Source: Chromatiales bacterium (GTDB lineage Bacteria; Pseudomonadota; Gammaproteobacteria; CAMYNG01). From it: a stretch of 64,000 nucleotides of DNA. Each line of letters begins with the position of its first letter. Position 1 is the stretch's first letter. Positions 33,554 to 42,518 of the stretch are shown piece by piece. Below the pieces are notes generated by a model. It had not been told where the DNA came from, made no database searches, and saw nothing but the letters and a program-made list of their open reading frames with translations. The position numbers were made by a program, and so were the translations under genes. The stretch is from NCBI GenBank assembly GCA_027005735.1, contig JALTLF010000218.1:22935-86934 (forward strand), written 5' to 3'.

Positions 33554-34528
33554 ATGAATGATAACCATACGACAGTGAGAGAGAAAGGCGTATCGGGCTG
33601 GCTCATTACGGCCATACTTGGTCTGATGTTTGGTTCAACGGCGGCCTATGCGGATCAACCGTCCGATACGGCGACCTTCGATGCGGAATTCCAGGTCGCT
33701 CTGGAAGAGCAACCCGATCCTGCCCGTCTGCAGGCCATGCTACGGCTTGCCGAGGCAAAGAGCAGCAGCGGTGGAGGCGGCGGCAGCGCGCCCGTGGCGA
33801 GCGGGGGAAATGTCTGGTTCGCCATCTTTCGCACTACCGACAACCGACAGCGCTGGGTACGCAACACTTCGCTCCAGGAGTTCACGAATTCCATTCGCAA
33901 GGCCTGGAGGGACGGCTATCATCTCAAGCGTGTCAACTACGCCGATGGGCGCTGGGTGGGCATCTTCGTCGACACCAAGGTGGGTTGTGCCGAACGTAAC
34001 GGTTTTGAAACCGCTGGTTCACGCGAGGCTTTCCTCAAGGCCGTAAAGCAACGTTGGGTCGATGGTTATACCCTGGTAGATGCGGCCTATGGCGAAGGCA
34101 CCTGGTTTGGTAACTTCTGTGAGGATCCCCGTGACAATACCTATGTCACGGCGAGTGACTGGGATGCCCTGAGCAACCTGATCAGCAAGAAATGGGACCA
34201 GGACAGCCAGTGGCACGTGCTCTCAGCAGACCGTGGTCCCGACGGCTGGTTGGCGGTATTCGTCAAGGGGGAGTGCCCGGGACGCAATGGCTGGAGCATC
34301 TATGATTCCCAGGCCGCCCTGGAAGAAGCACTGCGCGACAGCAACAACGACGGTTTCGCGGTTCGCAACATGGCCTACACCAATGGAAACTGGATTGCGA
34401 TGCGTTGCGAAGAGGATGTCAGCAACATCTATGAAACTGCCGCCAGCTGGCCGCAGTTGAAGGAAAAAATCAAGCAGCGCTGGGGTCAGGGCCTAGACCT
34501 GATCGCCATCGACTACGGTCGGCGCTAG
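33554..34528 (+). CDS. Secreted protein made of five tandem copies of an uncharacterised ~55-aa W/G/aromatic repeat; paralogue of the kinase ectodomain
   Basis: Signal peptide (ITAILGLMFGSTAAYA). Repeats: NVWFAIFRTTDNRQRWVRNTSLQEFTNSIRKAWRDGYHLKRVNY..., ERNGFETAGSREAFLKAVKQRWVDGYTLVDAAYGEGTWFGNF, NTYVTASDWDALSNLISKKWDQDSQWHVLSA..., RNGWSIYDSQAALEEALRDSNNDGFAVRNMAYTNGNWIAM, SNIYETAASWPQLKEKIKQRWGQGLDLIAIDYG. About 60-70% identical to residues ~485-725 of the kinase. Confidence 0.7.
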   Translation: MNDNHTTVREKGVSGWLITAILGLMFGSTAAYADQPSDTATFDAEFQVALEEQPDPARLQAMLRLAEAKSSSGGGGGSAPVASGGNVWFAIFRTTDNRQRWVRNTSLQEFTNSIRKAWRDGYHLKRVNYADGRWVGIFVDTKVGCAERNGFETAGSREAFLKAVKQRWVDGYTLVDAAYGEGTWFGNFCEDPRDNTYVTASDWDALSNLISKKWDQDSQWHVLSADRGPDGWLAVFVKGECPGRNGWSIYDSQAALEEALRDSNNDGFAVRNMAYTNGNWIAMRCEEDVSNIYETAASWPQLKEKIKQRWGQGLDLIAIDYGRR

Positions 34529-34839
34529 CTCGCATATCCACACTTGGGGGCGGTCCCGGTCTCCGGGACCGCGCCCTGCCAGCGTGGAACCTTCCACGGC
34601 AGGCCCGGCAGGACGCCGCCACGGGAATACCGTCGTGCCCCCGTGTCGGTGGGGGCCGAAGGGCGCGCGCCTGGCCCGAGTCATTGAAATTGCGGGGATT
34701 TTCAGGTTAGATAAGCCACGTGGCGAGGATGTTGTCGGTAACGGCGAGCTTCCACGCCCGGCGCCATGCTCACATGGCCACTGGATCTACCCCCGGGATC
34801 CCGCTGGTCGCGGTACATTAAAATCATAATGAAGTCGCC

Positions 34840-37017
34840 ATGAACGAACATCACCATTCCCTGCCGGAGGGCTACCAGCTTTTCGAATATCGCATCGATG
34901 GTATTCTGGGCACCGGTGGCTTCGGGATCACCTACCTTGGGTGGGACAGCAATCTCGACAAGCAGGTGGCCATCAAGGAGTACCTGCCCGGTGAATACGC
35001 CGTGCGTCTCGAAGGCGAGACCGTGGCGCCCCGGTCCACCGAGGACGAAGACGACTATGCCTGGGGGCTGGAGCGTTTTCTCGACGAGGCCCGTGCCCTG
35101 GCCCGCTTCGATCATCCCAATATCAACCGCGTACTGCGTTTTTTCGAAGCCAACAACACGGCCTACCTGGTGCTGGAGTACGTCGAGGGCAGGACGCTGG
35201 CCAAGGTTCTCAAGTCCGGCTACAGCTTCAGCGAAGCCGAGATCACCGAAATGCTGGGCGCCATGCTGTCCGGCCTGGCGGTGGTGCACCGTGCCGGCTA
35301 TGTTCACCGCGACATCAAGCCGGCCAATATCATGTTGCGCCCGGACGGCCAGCCGGTATTGCTGGATTTCGGCGCTGCCCGCCAGGCCATCGGCCGCAAG
35401 ACACAGAGCATTACCACGGTCCTCACCCCCGGCTATGCGCCCATCGAGCAGTATGACCAGCATGCCGAGGACATCGGCCCGTGGACCGATATTTACGCAC
35501 TCGGCATGGTCTTCTACCGCTGCGTCACCGGGATCTCGGACGGTGAACTGGTCGATGCCGTGGCGCGCGCGCGCATGCAGCGCAAGGGAGAAGATCCCCT
35601 CGCGCCGGCGGTGATCGCCGCGCAGGGCAAGTACAGTCCGAAGTTGCTCGAAGCCATCGACTGGGCAGTGGCGGTCAACGAGGAGGATCGTCCCCAGAAC
35701 GTCTCCGAACTCACCTCGATTCTGCCGGCCTTCGAAAACCGCACCCAGGTCTCGGGACGCGGTGATACCCAGGCCCCCACGCAGGCCGCCGGCCAGGCCC
35801 CGGGCGGGCGGCATCCGGCGGATCAGAAGACCCGGGCGGTCGCGCCGGTGGGCATGACCAGTGGTGCCCGCTGGGCACTTGGCGTGACGCTGGCGCTGGT
35901 TCTCATCGGCATTGCCCTGGGTGCGGCGTGGGTCTTCTGGGCCGGCCCGCCCGATGGAGGGGAGTCCGGCGGCCCGCTTGCCGGTGGGCCCGCGCCCGGT
36001 CCGCAGGCCACGGATCCCACGCCCGCGGTGGCCTCGCCCGTGGAAGTCGCGCCGGCCTACCTGGTGGTGCGCAGCAATGTCTCCGGCGATCACGTCATCG
36101 TCGATGGTCGGGATCTCGGGCACAGCGGGACGCGCCGTCACGAACTGGCACCGGGTGAACATGAAATACGGGTGGAGAAAAAGGGTTACATCCCCTGGAA
36201 GCGGACGCTGACGCTGGAGAGTGGCAAGACCCTCACGGTCAGGGCGCGCCTGCGTCCCCTCGCCGGGGTGCCACCGGTGGCCGGCGGGGGCCGCAGGGGC
36301 CACTGGTTTGCCGTGTTCAGGTCGACGGACAACCGCCAGCGCTGGGTACGCAACAGTTCACTCCAGGAGTTCACGGCTTCCATCCAGAAGGGCTGGGAAG
36401 ACAACTACCACCTGAGCCGCGTGATCTACAGCCGTAATACCTGGGTCGGGGTTTTCGTTGACCCGGCGGTGGGCTGCGCCAATCGAAACGGCTACGAGGT
36501 GGCGAGTACGCGCAGCGAGTTCATTAATCGTATCAAGGAGCGCTGGAAGGATGGTTTCACGCTCGTGGACATGGCCTACGGCGAGGGCGTGTGGTTTGGA
36601 AACTTCTGTGAGGACGCGCGTGGCAATACCTATGCCACGGCATCCACCTGGGATGCGCTGGCGAAAAAGATCAGCCAGAAATGGAACAAGGACAGCGATT
36701 GGCATGTCATCTCGGTGGAGCGAGGCAGGGGCGGCTGGATGGCGGTCTTCGTCAAGGGGCTGTGCCCGGGGCGCAACGGCTGGAACCGTGTCGGCTCCAG
36801 CGCGGAGCTGGAAAGGGAACTCCGGCAGGGTAGCCGCGAGGGGTTTTCGGTACGCAATATCCGCTACACCGACGGCGCCTGGTATGCCCTGCGTTGCGAG
36901 GACGGGATGCACAACATCTATGAAACCGCCAGCAGTTGGGAGGAAATGAAGAAAAAGATCAGTACGCGCTGGAGCCAGAAACTGGATCTCGTGGCGCTGG
37001 ATTACGGCCCCAACTGA
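34840..37017 (+). CDS. Hanks-type Ser/Thr protein kinase / TM / periplasmic PEGA domain / five-repeat ectodomain
   Basis: GTGGFGITYLG...VAIKE (P-loop and VAIK Lys), HRDIKPANIML, DFGAA, TPGYAPIEQ. TM WALGVTLALVLIGIALGAAWVFW. PEGA-like YLVVRSNVSGDHVIVDGRDLGHSGTRRHELAPGEHEIRVEKKGYIPWKRTLTL. Five repeats HWFAVFRSTDNRQRWVRNSSLQEF... to ...LDLVALDYGPN. Confidence 0.85.
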   Translation: MNEHHHSLPEGYQLFEYRIDGILGTGGFGITYLGWDSNLDKQVAIKEYLPGEYAVRLEGETVAPRSTEDEDDYAWGLERFLDEARALARFDHPNINRVLRFFEANNTAYLVLEYVEGRTLAKVLKSGYSFSEAEITEMLGAMLSGLAVVHRAGYVHRDIKPANIMLRPDGQPVLLDFGAARQAIGRKTQSITTVLTPGYAPIEQYDQHAEDIGPWTDIYALGMVFYRCVTGISDGELVDAVARARMQRKGEDPLAPAVIAAQGKYSPKLLEAIDWAVAVNEEDRPQNVSELTSILPAFENRTQVSGRGDTQAPTQAAGQAPGGRHPADQKTRAVAPVGMTSGARWALGVTLALVLIGIALGAAWVFWAGPPDGGESGGPLAGGPAPGPQATDPTPAVASPVEVAPAYLVVRSNVSGDHVIVDGRDLGHSGTRRHELAPGEHEIRVEKKGYIPWKRTLTLESGKTLTVRARLRPLAGVPPVAGGGRRGHWFAVFRSTDNRQRWVRNSSLQEFTASIQKGWEDNYHLSRVIYSRNTWVGVFVDPAVGCANRNGYEVASTRSEFINRIKERWKDGFTLVDMAYGEGVWFGNFCEDARGNTYATASTWDALAKKISQKWNKDSDWHVISVERGRGGWMAVFVKGLCPGRNGWNRVGSSAELERELRQGSREGFSVRNIRYTDGAWYALRCEDGMHNIYETASSWEEMKKKISTRWSQKLDLVALDYGPN

Positions 37018-37311
37018 CGCGCGCACGCGGATCTTGCCGCAGCACATGCACAATTGTGGTGCGTGGAGATGGGGCCAGGCGGCCGGGCGGGCACGTTTCG
37101 CCTGTGCCTGTATCAGGACTGGGGTTTCGCGTATGGTTTGCGCTAGAATTACCCGGCCGACCGCCCATGCCGGTTTCCCCGGGAAGGGCGTAGGATAGCC
37201 GGGGCCCGCACAGTGCCAGCGGGCGGGGCAGCTGGAACACCAACCCCAATATAGACTTATGATGGTTTTTCCCGATCGCCCCCGTGGGCGTCAATGCTGG
37301 AGGAAGTCACC

Positions 37312-37959
37312 ATGATCAGGGTCCTGCTGGTGGATGACCACGATCTGGTGCGTACCGGGATCCGGCGCCTGCTGGAGGACGTCAACGATATCGAGATCGT
37401 CGGCGAGGCGGCCAGTGGCGAGGAGGCGGTCAACCAGGCACGGACGCAGATGCCCGACGTGGTGTTGATGGATCTCTCCATGCCGGGCATGGGGGGGATC
37501 GAGGCGACGCGCAAGCTGCTGCAACACCATCCCGATATCCGCGTCATCGTGGTGACCATGCACGACGACGAACTCTATCCCCAGCGGCTGCTCAAGGCCG
37601 GCGCGCGCGGCTATCTCACCAAGGGGGCCAGCGCCACCGAGATCGTGCGTGCCATCCGCGAGGTCATGGCCAACCGCCGTTACCTGAGTCCCGACGTCGC
37701 CCAGCAGATCGCCCTGTCCACCTCCACCGATGGCGTCGCCTCACCCTTTGCCAACCTCTCCGAACGCGAGCTGCAGGTCATGATGATGCTCATGGAAGGC
37801 TGCAAGATCGGCGACATCTCCGAGCGCCTGTGCCTGAGTCCCAAGACCGTCAGCACCTACCGCTACCGGCTGTATGACAAGCTCGGCGTGAACAACGACA
37901 TGGAACTGGCGCGGCTGGCCATCCTGCACGGCGTGGTGGAGGGCAACGGCCCGCACTGA
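37312..37959 (+). CDS. uvrY: NarL/FixJ-family response regulator UvrY/GacA/SirA orthologue
   Basis: MIRVLLVDDHDLVRTGIRRLLEDVNDIEIVGEAASGEEAV...VVLMDLSMPGMGGIEATRKL and a LuxR HTH (ERELQVMMMLMEGCKIGDISERLCLSPKTVSTYRYRLYDKLG) are colinear with E. coli UvrY. Confidence 0.85.
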   Translation: MIRVLLVDDHDLVRTGIRRLLEDVNDIEIVGEAASGEEAVNQARTQMPDVVLMDLSMPGMGGIEATRKLLQHHPDIRVIVVTMHDDELYPQRLLKAGARGYLTKGASATEIVRAIREVMANRRYLSPDVAQQIALSTSTDGVASPFANLSERELQVMMMLMEGCKIGDISERLCLSPKTVSTYRYRLYDKLGVNNDMELARLAILHGVVEGNGPH

Positions 37960-37982
37960 GGTTTTCGCGCTACCCCTGTTCC

Positions 37983-38441
37983 TCAGGGCGTCAGCCGCTT
38001 GTGCATGCGGGTATGGGTGATACAGCCGAACAGGGTCGGCCCCGGCCCCGCCTCTGCGTAACCCTGCCGGCGGTAGAAGCCCACCGCGCCGCTACGGGCG
38101 TTGAGACTGATTTCGCCGAGGCCCATTTCCCGTCCGCGTGCCTCCAGCCAGGCGAGGATGGCCGTGCCGACGCCACATCCCCGTGCGTCTTCCGCCACCG
38201 CCATGTAGCGGATCGCCCCTTCTCCCTCCGTCACGCGCTGCAGGCGTCCCACCCCCAGGGCCGCGCCGCCTTCGTCTCGCACCAGGCAATGAACGGCGCG
38301 TGAGGGAGGGCTGTCCCAGGCATCGCGCTCGCTACCCCGGGGCTGTCGCCAGGGGGCGCGCAACACCTGCCAGCGCAGGGCGAAATAGGCCTGCCACTCC
38401 GCCGTGGTGGCGGGCGGGCCGATGCGCCAGGACTCAGGCAA
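37983..38441 (-). CDS. GNAT-family N-acetyltransferase
   Basis: Acetyl-CoA motif A: RYMAVAEDARGCGVGTAILAWLEARGREMGL. Confidence 0.7.
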   Translation of the reverse strand: MPESWRIGPPATTAEWQAYFALRWQVLRAPWRQPRGSERDAWDSPPSRAVHCLVRDEGGAALGVGRLQRVTEGEGAIRYMAVAEDARGCGVGTAILAWLEARGREMGLGEISLNARSGAVGFYRRQGYAEAGPGPTLFGCITHTRMHKRLTP

Positions 38442-39042
38442 AGACCACCCAGGTGGTGGCGATGTACTTCACCCCCGCTTCCAGGGTCACGCCGCGGTGT
38501 TCGTGGGTCCAGAAGGGGGGAAACAGCAACAGGCTGCCCTCGCGGGGCGTGACCTTGAGATCCTGGAAGAGAAACTCCGTCTCCCCGCCGGGACCGGCGA
38601 CGTCGTTGAGGTACCACACCGCCACCAGCTGGCGCTGGGAGAACTCGTGGCTGCCGCCGTCGATGTGCCAGTGGTAGTGCTCGCCCGGCAGGGTACGCTG
38701 GATGGCGTAGCCCATGTCCTTGAACGGGCCCTTGAAGTAGGGGAAGTGTTCGCGGAACTCGAGGATGGCCTCGCCGAGCGAGCGAAACAGGGCGCGGTCG
38801 ATGTCCTTCCAGTGGGGCTTGCCGCTGACCACCAGGTCGGTGGACTTCTTGATGCTGCGATCCTTTTGCGCCAGCTGGCCGATACGGCCCTCGTATTGCT
38901 CGTCGTCGGCGGCCTCGAAGCGCGAAATCATCTCGCGACACAGGGCGGCGGGCAGGGCATGCTCCTTGAGGAAGATGAAACTGTTGGGGGCCAGCTCGCG
39001 AATGGTCTGCAAGGGGCGGCGGGTGGATGCTTCGGACGACAT
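38434..39042 (-). CDS. 2OG-Fe(II) oxygenase superfamily protein (PhyH/P4H-like)
   Basis: HWHIDGG ... TEFLF ... FWTHEHRG gives an HxD...H facial triad with an Arg for 2OG. Confidence 0.65.
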   Translation of the reverse strand: MSSEASTRRPLQTIRELAPNSFIFLKEHALPAALCREMISRFEAADDEQYEGRIGQLAQKDRSIKKSTDLVVSGKPHWKDIDRALFRSLGEAILEFREHFPYFKGPFKDMGYAIQRTLPGEHYHWHIDGGSHEFSQRQLVAVWYLNDVAGPGGETEFLFQDLKVTPREGSLLLFPPFWTHEHRGVTLEAGVKYIATTWVVFA

Positions 39043-39080
39043 GGGACAACCCCGGGGGTGACAAATGGCAGGGGGATTGT

Positions 39081-40127
39081 CTACAGGGTGTGCTTGTCGA
39101 TCAAGTCCTGCGTGGCCTGCTGGAGCGCCGCCGGGCCCCTTTCGTGGGCCGCGAGCAAGCGCGTGGCGGCCTCTCGCCAGTGTGCGCGGCCCGTGTCGAT
39201 GAGACGCGCGAAGACGTCCCAGTCACCGCTCTCGCGCCACGCTTGCCAGGCCGCCAGCAGGGCGGGGAACAGAACCTTGCGCATGCCGGTGAGATTGGCG
39301 ACATAGTAGTGCAGCGAGGGCGTGCGCCGCGCCGCCACCAGCTCGGGCAGGGTGGTGAGGCAGTCGGCGTAGAGATCCTTGACCGCGCGGGCGATCAGCT
39401 CGCTGCGGCTGCGCGGCAGGGCGGCGAGCATCTCCCGCCACTGGGGGCCAAGTGCGCGACCCGCGGTGATCTCGCCGATCTCGTGCAGGCGCACGGTGTC
39501 CAGTTCCTGGTTGGTCATGGCCTCCAGGGCGTCCTCCAGCCTGCCTTCGAAGTCGTAGCAGCCGAAGGCGGCGCCAAGGGCATTGTCGGGACGATTCCAG
39601 CGCCACTCCTCCAGTTTCTGCCACAGCAGGGCGCGCAGGGCCTCGCGGCGCAGGAAGATGGTGCTACCCTGGACCATGGCCGGCGGGGCGCTGAGATCGC
39701 GGGCGTATTCCTCGCCGCAGGTGAGGATGCGGTAACCATCACGTTCCTCGCAGGCCACGAGACGGGCGAGGAAGAAGTGGGGGCGGGCGCGCTGTCCCAG
39801 CCCGGCGCTGTAGACCAGGCCTTCCTCCAGCAGGTGGCGGTTGACCGCCTCGGTCTCGAAGGGCGGCACCTGCTCGCCGGCCACCGGCACGTCGGCATAG
39901 TCCTCTTCTTCCAGCTCGCTCCACAGGGCCTCGCGCTCCATCAGCCAGTTGCTCAGCGGCTCGTTGGGCAGGCGCGCGGAGAAACCGAAGCCATGTTCCC
40001 AGCGAAAGAATTCGCGCATCTTCATCAAGTAGATACACACGGTGTCGTCACCGGCGTGGCGGGCATCCGCGATGTGGCAGTTGCGTTGCACGGCTTCGCA
40101 GACAGGCTGAGCGACGGGTTTGTTCAT
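39081..40127 (-). CDS. Conserved hypothetical protein (~349 aa)
   Basis: Strong GC3 bias and a long uninterrupted frame. No recognisable motif. Start tentatively at MNKPVAQP. Confidence 0.5.
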   Translation of the reverse strand: MNKPVAQPVCEAVQRNCHIADARHAGDDTVCIYLMKMREFFRWEHGFGFSARLPNEPLSNWLMEREALWSELEEEDYADVPVAGEQVPPFETEAVNRHLLEEGLVYSAGLGQRARPHFFLARLVACEERDGYRILTCGEEYARDLSAPPAMVQGSTIFLRREALRALLWQKLEEWRWNRPDNALGAAFGCYDFEGRLEDALEAMTNQELDTVRLHEIGEITAGRALGPQWREMLAALPRSRSELIARAVKDLYADCLTTLPELVAARRTPSLHYYVANLTGMRKVLFPALLAAWQAWRESGDWDVFARLIDTGRAHWREAATRLLAAHERGPAALQQATQDLIDKHTL

Positions 40128-40290
40128 CACGGCATCCGGCTCCTCGTGATGGCGGGGGTTCACCCACACCGTTGAAAAAATGGTAGCATTGCCGCAGCCC
40201 GCTTGCTATTAACCTGAAAAATCAGGGGTTTTTCACGGCAGGGGGGCCGCGGGCCACCCGTGCCCGCCCATGGTCAAATAGCGAAGAGGT

Positions 40291-40875
40291 TTGAGATCCG
40301 TGCGTGTCAAAACCCGCTGGAACGACAAGAAGCAGCCCCGCAGCTACCGGGAAACCGCCAGCGCCCTGGCCTTCAATCTGTGGCGCCTGTGTGCCCAGGC
40401 GGTCCTGACCCTGGAGAACGAGAATTTTCAGACCGACTCCCAGAAGCAGCGCCTCGATATCATCGCCGAGTACATCGCCTTCCTGGTACACGTCACCGAT
40501 CGCCTCGCCTGGGGGCGTCTCGACGACGGGGAGCGCGCCGCCCTGGTGACGGAGATGGCGCTGGCCCTCAACCGGATCTTCGTCGACAACGCGCGCGACT
40601 TCGCCGACGCCGCGGTCTACCACGACGGCATCATCGACTTTATCAACCGGGTGGGCGGCGAGTATGCCGAGATGGCCTTTGCGGACGAGGAGCCCAGCTT
40701 CAGCATGCTGCGCCTGTTCGCCGAGCGCATCACTGCCGTGCTGGGTCCCCGCGATCGCAAGTGGGTCGCGGATCGCATCATCCAGCTGGACGGCCCGGAC
40801 GCCGTGGCGGTGCTGAAAAAGACCCTGCGCAGCCTGGTGCCGGAGCTGGGCCTGGGTAAGACCTCCCCGGCCTGA
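40291..40875 (+). CDS. Hypothetical protein (194 aa)
   Basis: Good codon bias; ends at a bidirectional terminator; no recognisable domain. Confidence 0.5.
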   Translation: MRSVRVKTRWNDKKQPRSYRETASALAFNLWRLCAQAVLTLENENFQTDSQKQRLDIIAEYIAFLVHVTDRLAWGRLDDGERAALVTEMALALNRIFVDNARDFADAAVYHDGIIDFINRVGGEYAEMAFADEEPSFSMLRLFAERITAVLGPRDRKWVADRIIQLDGPDAVAVLKKTLRSLVPELGLGKTSPA

Positions 40876-40893
40876 AGTGGCCACGCGGCCATG

Positions 40894-40933
40894 AAAAAAC
40901 CCCGTACGCGGTTTGCGCGATACGGGGTTTTTC
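40894..40933. terminator. Bidirectional rho-independent terminator
   Basis: AAAAAACCCCGTACGCGGTTTGCGCGATACGGGGTTTTTC between two convergent genes. Confidence 0.7.
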
Positions 40934-40954
40934 TTTTAGAACAGCAGGTTCTAC

Positions 40955-41152
40955 TTACTTCTTAACCCAGTTCTTGTAGTTGTCCATGTTCTTGGCGGCG
41001 CCGTCTTCGTAGCCGGCCTCGTAGGCCTCGGTGAGGCGCTGCTCTTCACGCTTGGGGTTGACGAGATAACCGCCCTGCCATCCCTGGATGTACTCGGGAT
41101 CGACACCGGCAGCTTCCATCTTGGTTACCATATCGTAGTAGGTCTGGTTCAT
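40955..41152 (-). CDS. Hypothetical small protein (65 aa)
   Basis: MNQTYYDMVTKMEAAGVDPEYIQGWQGGYLVNP.... Lower-GC, well-defined ORF between a terminator and the trpD-like gene. Confidence 0.45.
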   Translation of the reverse strand: MNQTYYDMVTKMEAAGVDPEYIQGWQGGYLVNPKREEQRLTEAYEAGYEDGAAKNMDNYKNWVKK

Positions 41153-41181
41153 GGTTCATGACTCCTCTATAGAATTCAGGG

Positions 41182-42309
41182 TTAATTGCTGCAAGCCGCC
41201 TGGAAGCGGGCCTTGGCGGCGCCGTTGTCCAGAACGTCTCTTACCAGGTTGGCCGCGCTGACCATGTCCTTCGCGCGACCCAGATGGTGAAGCACGATGG
41301 CACCACCATAAATCAGTGAATCCCGGGCGGGACCGGGGCTGCCCGCCAGCGCCGCGAGACCGTTTTCCGCCGCGCGCTCGGCGGCGGCATCGCTGTCCAG
41401 GCTCATGGCCCGGTTGTCGCCGGCCGCGGCCTGGGGCAGATCCGCCGGCAGGGGCGTGGCGCGCGTCTCGCTCTGGATGCCGATGTCCCCCGGCGCAATG
41501 ACCCGGGGCTGTTCCTCGCCGCCCTCGTGGCAGGCAAAGACCTTCGCCTCCTGCTGCAGGGACGGGATGATACCACCTTCCACGCCCCGGATGATGGCCG
41601 CGCTGTGGAAACCCGCCTCGCGGGCGAGGGACGCGTAGATGGGTGGATAGGCCTTGTGGACGTAGCCGGTGATCAGGTGCGTGCGGCGGCGTCCGCGCAG
41701 CGGGCCGAGCAGCACCTCCACGGTGGTCAGCACGGTGCGCTTGACCATGGTGGTGCGCAGGGGCACCAGGTCGTGGAGCGGCCGGCAGAAGGCGCGCTGG
41801 TCCACATAGCTCCAGCCGATGTTCGTATCGGCGAGGCGCGCTGCCGCCGTGGCCGGATCGAGATCCACCGGTGCGCCGGCGGCGCGCAGGACCTTGCGGT
41901 GGGTGATGCCGAACTTGGGTCCCACCGCCTCCAGGCCGTGGCTCACCGTGGCGAGACCGCAGGCGGCCAGCACGGCGGGCAGGAAGGGGGAGGCGGGCAG
42001 GCCGCGACTCCAGCCGTCGTAGGGATCCGCCAGATCCACCACCTCGTCCACCTCGGCGGTGGTGATGTCGGCGGCGTCGATGAGGGCGCGCAGGACGCCG
42101 CGGTTCTCCTCGTCGGTCTCGCGCTTCATGCGCATGGCGATGAGCAGAATGGCCGTCTGCACGGGATCGGCCTCGCCACGCAGGATGGTGGCCATGGCCT
42201 CGCGGGCCTCGTCGAGGCCGAGATCCTTGCTATACTCCGGGCCGGTGGCAACCTTCTGGATGCAGGCACGGAGCTGGAGCTGTGCGTCTGTCAGCGTGTC
42301 AGTTGTCAT
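41182..42309 (-). CDS. Anthranilate phosphoribosyltransferase-family protein (TrpD2/YbiB-like)
   Basis: GT3 N-terminal helical domain (DPVQTAILLIAMRMKRETDEE) and TrpD-like core (GTGGD-equivalent region ITGYVHKAYPP). Start at MTTDTL within ORF 41182..42411. Confidence 0.6.
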   Translation of the reverse strand: MTTDTLTDAQLQLRACIQKVATGPEYSKDLGLDEAREAMATILRGEADPVQTAILLIAMRMKRETDEENRGVLRALIDAADITTAEVDEVVDLADPYDGWSRGLPASPFLPAVLAACGLATVSHGLEAVGPKFGITHRKVLRAAGAPVDLDPATAAARLADTNIGWSYVDQRAFCRPLHDLVPLRTTMVKRTVLTTVEVLLGPLRGRRRTHLITGYVHKAYPPIYASLAREAGFHSAAIIRGVEGGIIPSLQQEAKVFACHEGGEEQPRVIAPGDIGIQSETRATPLPADLPQAAAGDNRAMSLDSDAAAERAAENGLAALAGSPGPARDSLIYGGAIVLHHLGRAKDMVSAANLVRDVLDNGAAKARFQAACSN

Positions 42310-42518
42310 TGAAATCCTTGTAATTCTCCCACGCGACCCCCAGCGGGCGCGGGCGCGGCAAGTATACCCAAGGCAAAAGAGCGTCATTATACCCCTATAG
42401 GGGTAGTTCATTGATTTCCCTGATTTCCTGCTGCGCGGGGGACGGATTTCAGGTTAAAATCGCCGTCCGCAAAATTTAGTGAATTAGTCGGATACTCCAC
42501 GGAGAACCCATCGGCATC

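Noticed and set aside
26622-37300. Possibility that the tRNA-Ser-adjacent signalling locus is an integrative genomic island or prophage
   Set aside because: No integrase, excisionase, transposase or phage genes, and no evident duplication of the tRNA 3' end. GC content and codon usage match the core genome, and it is flanked by the housekeeping uvrY.
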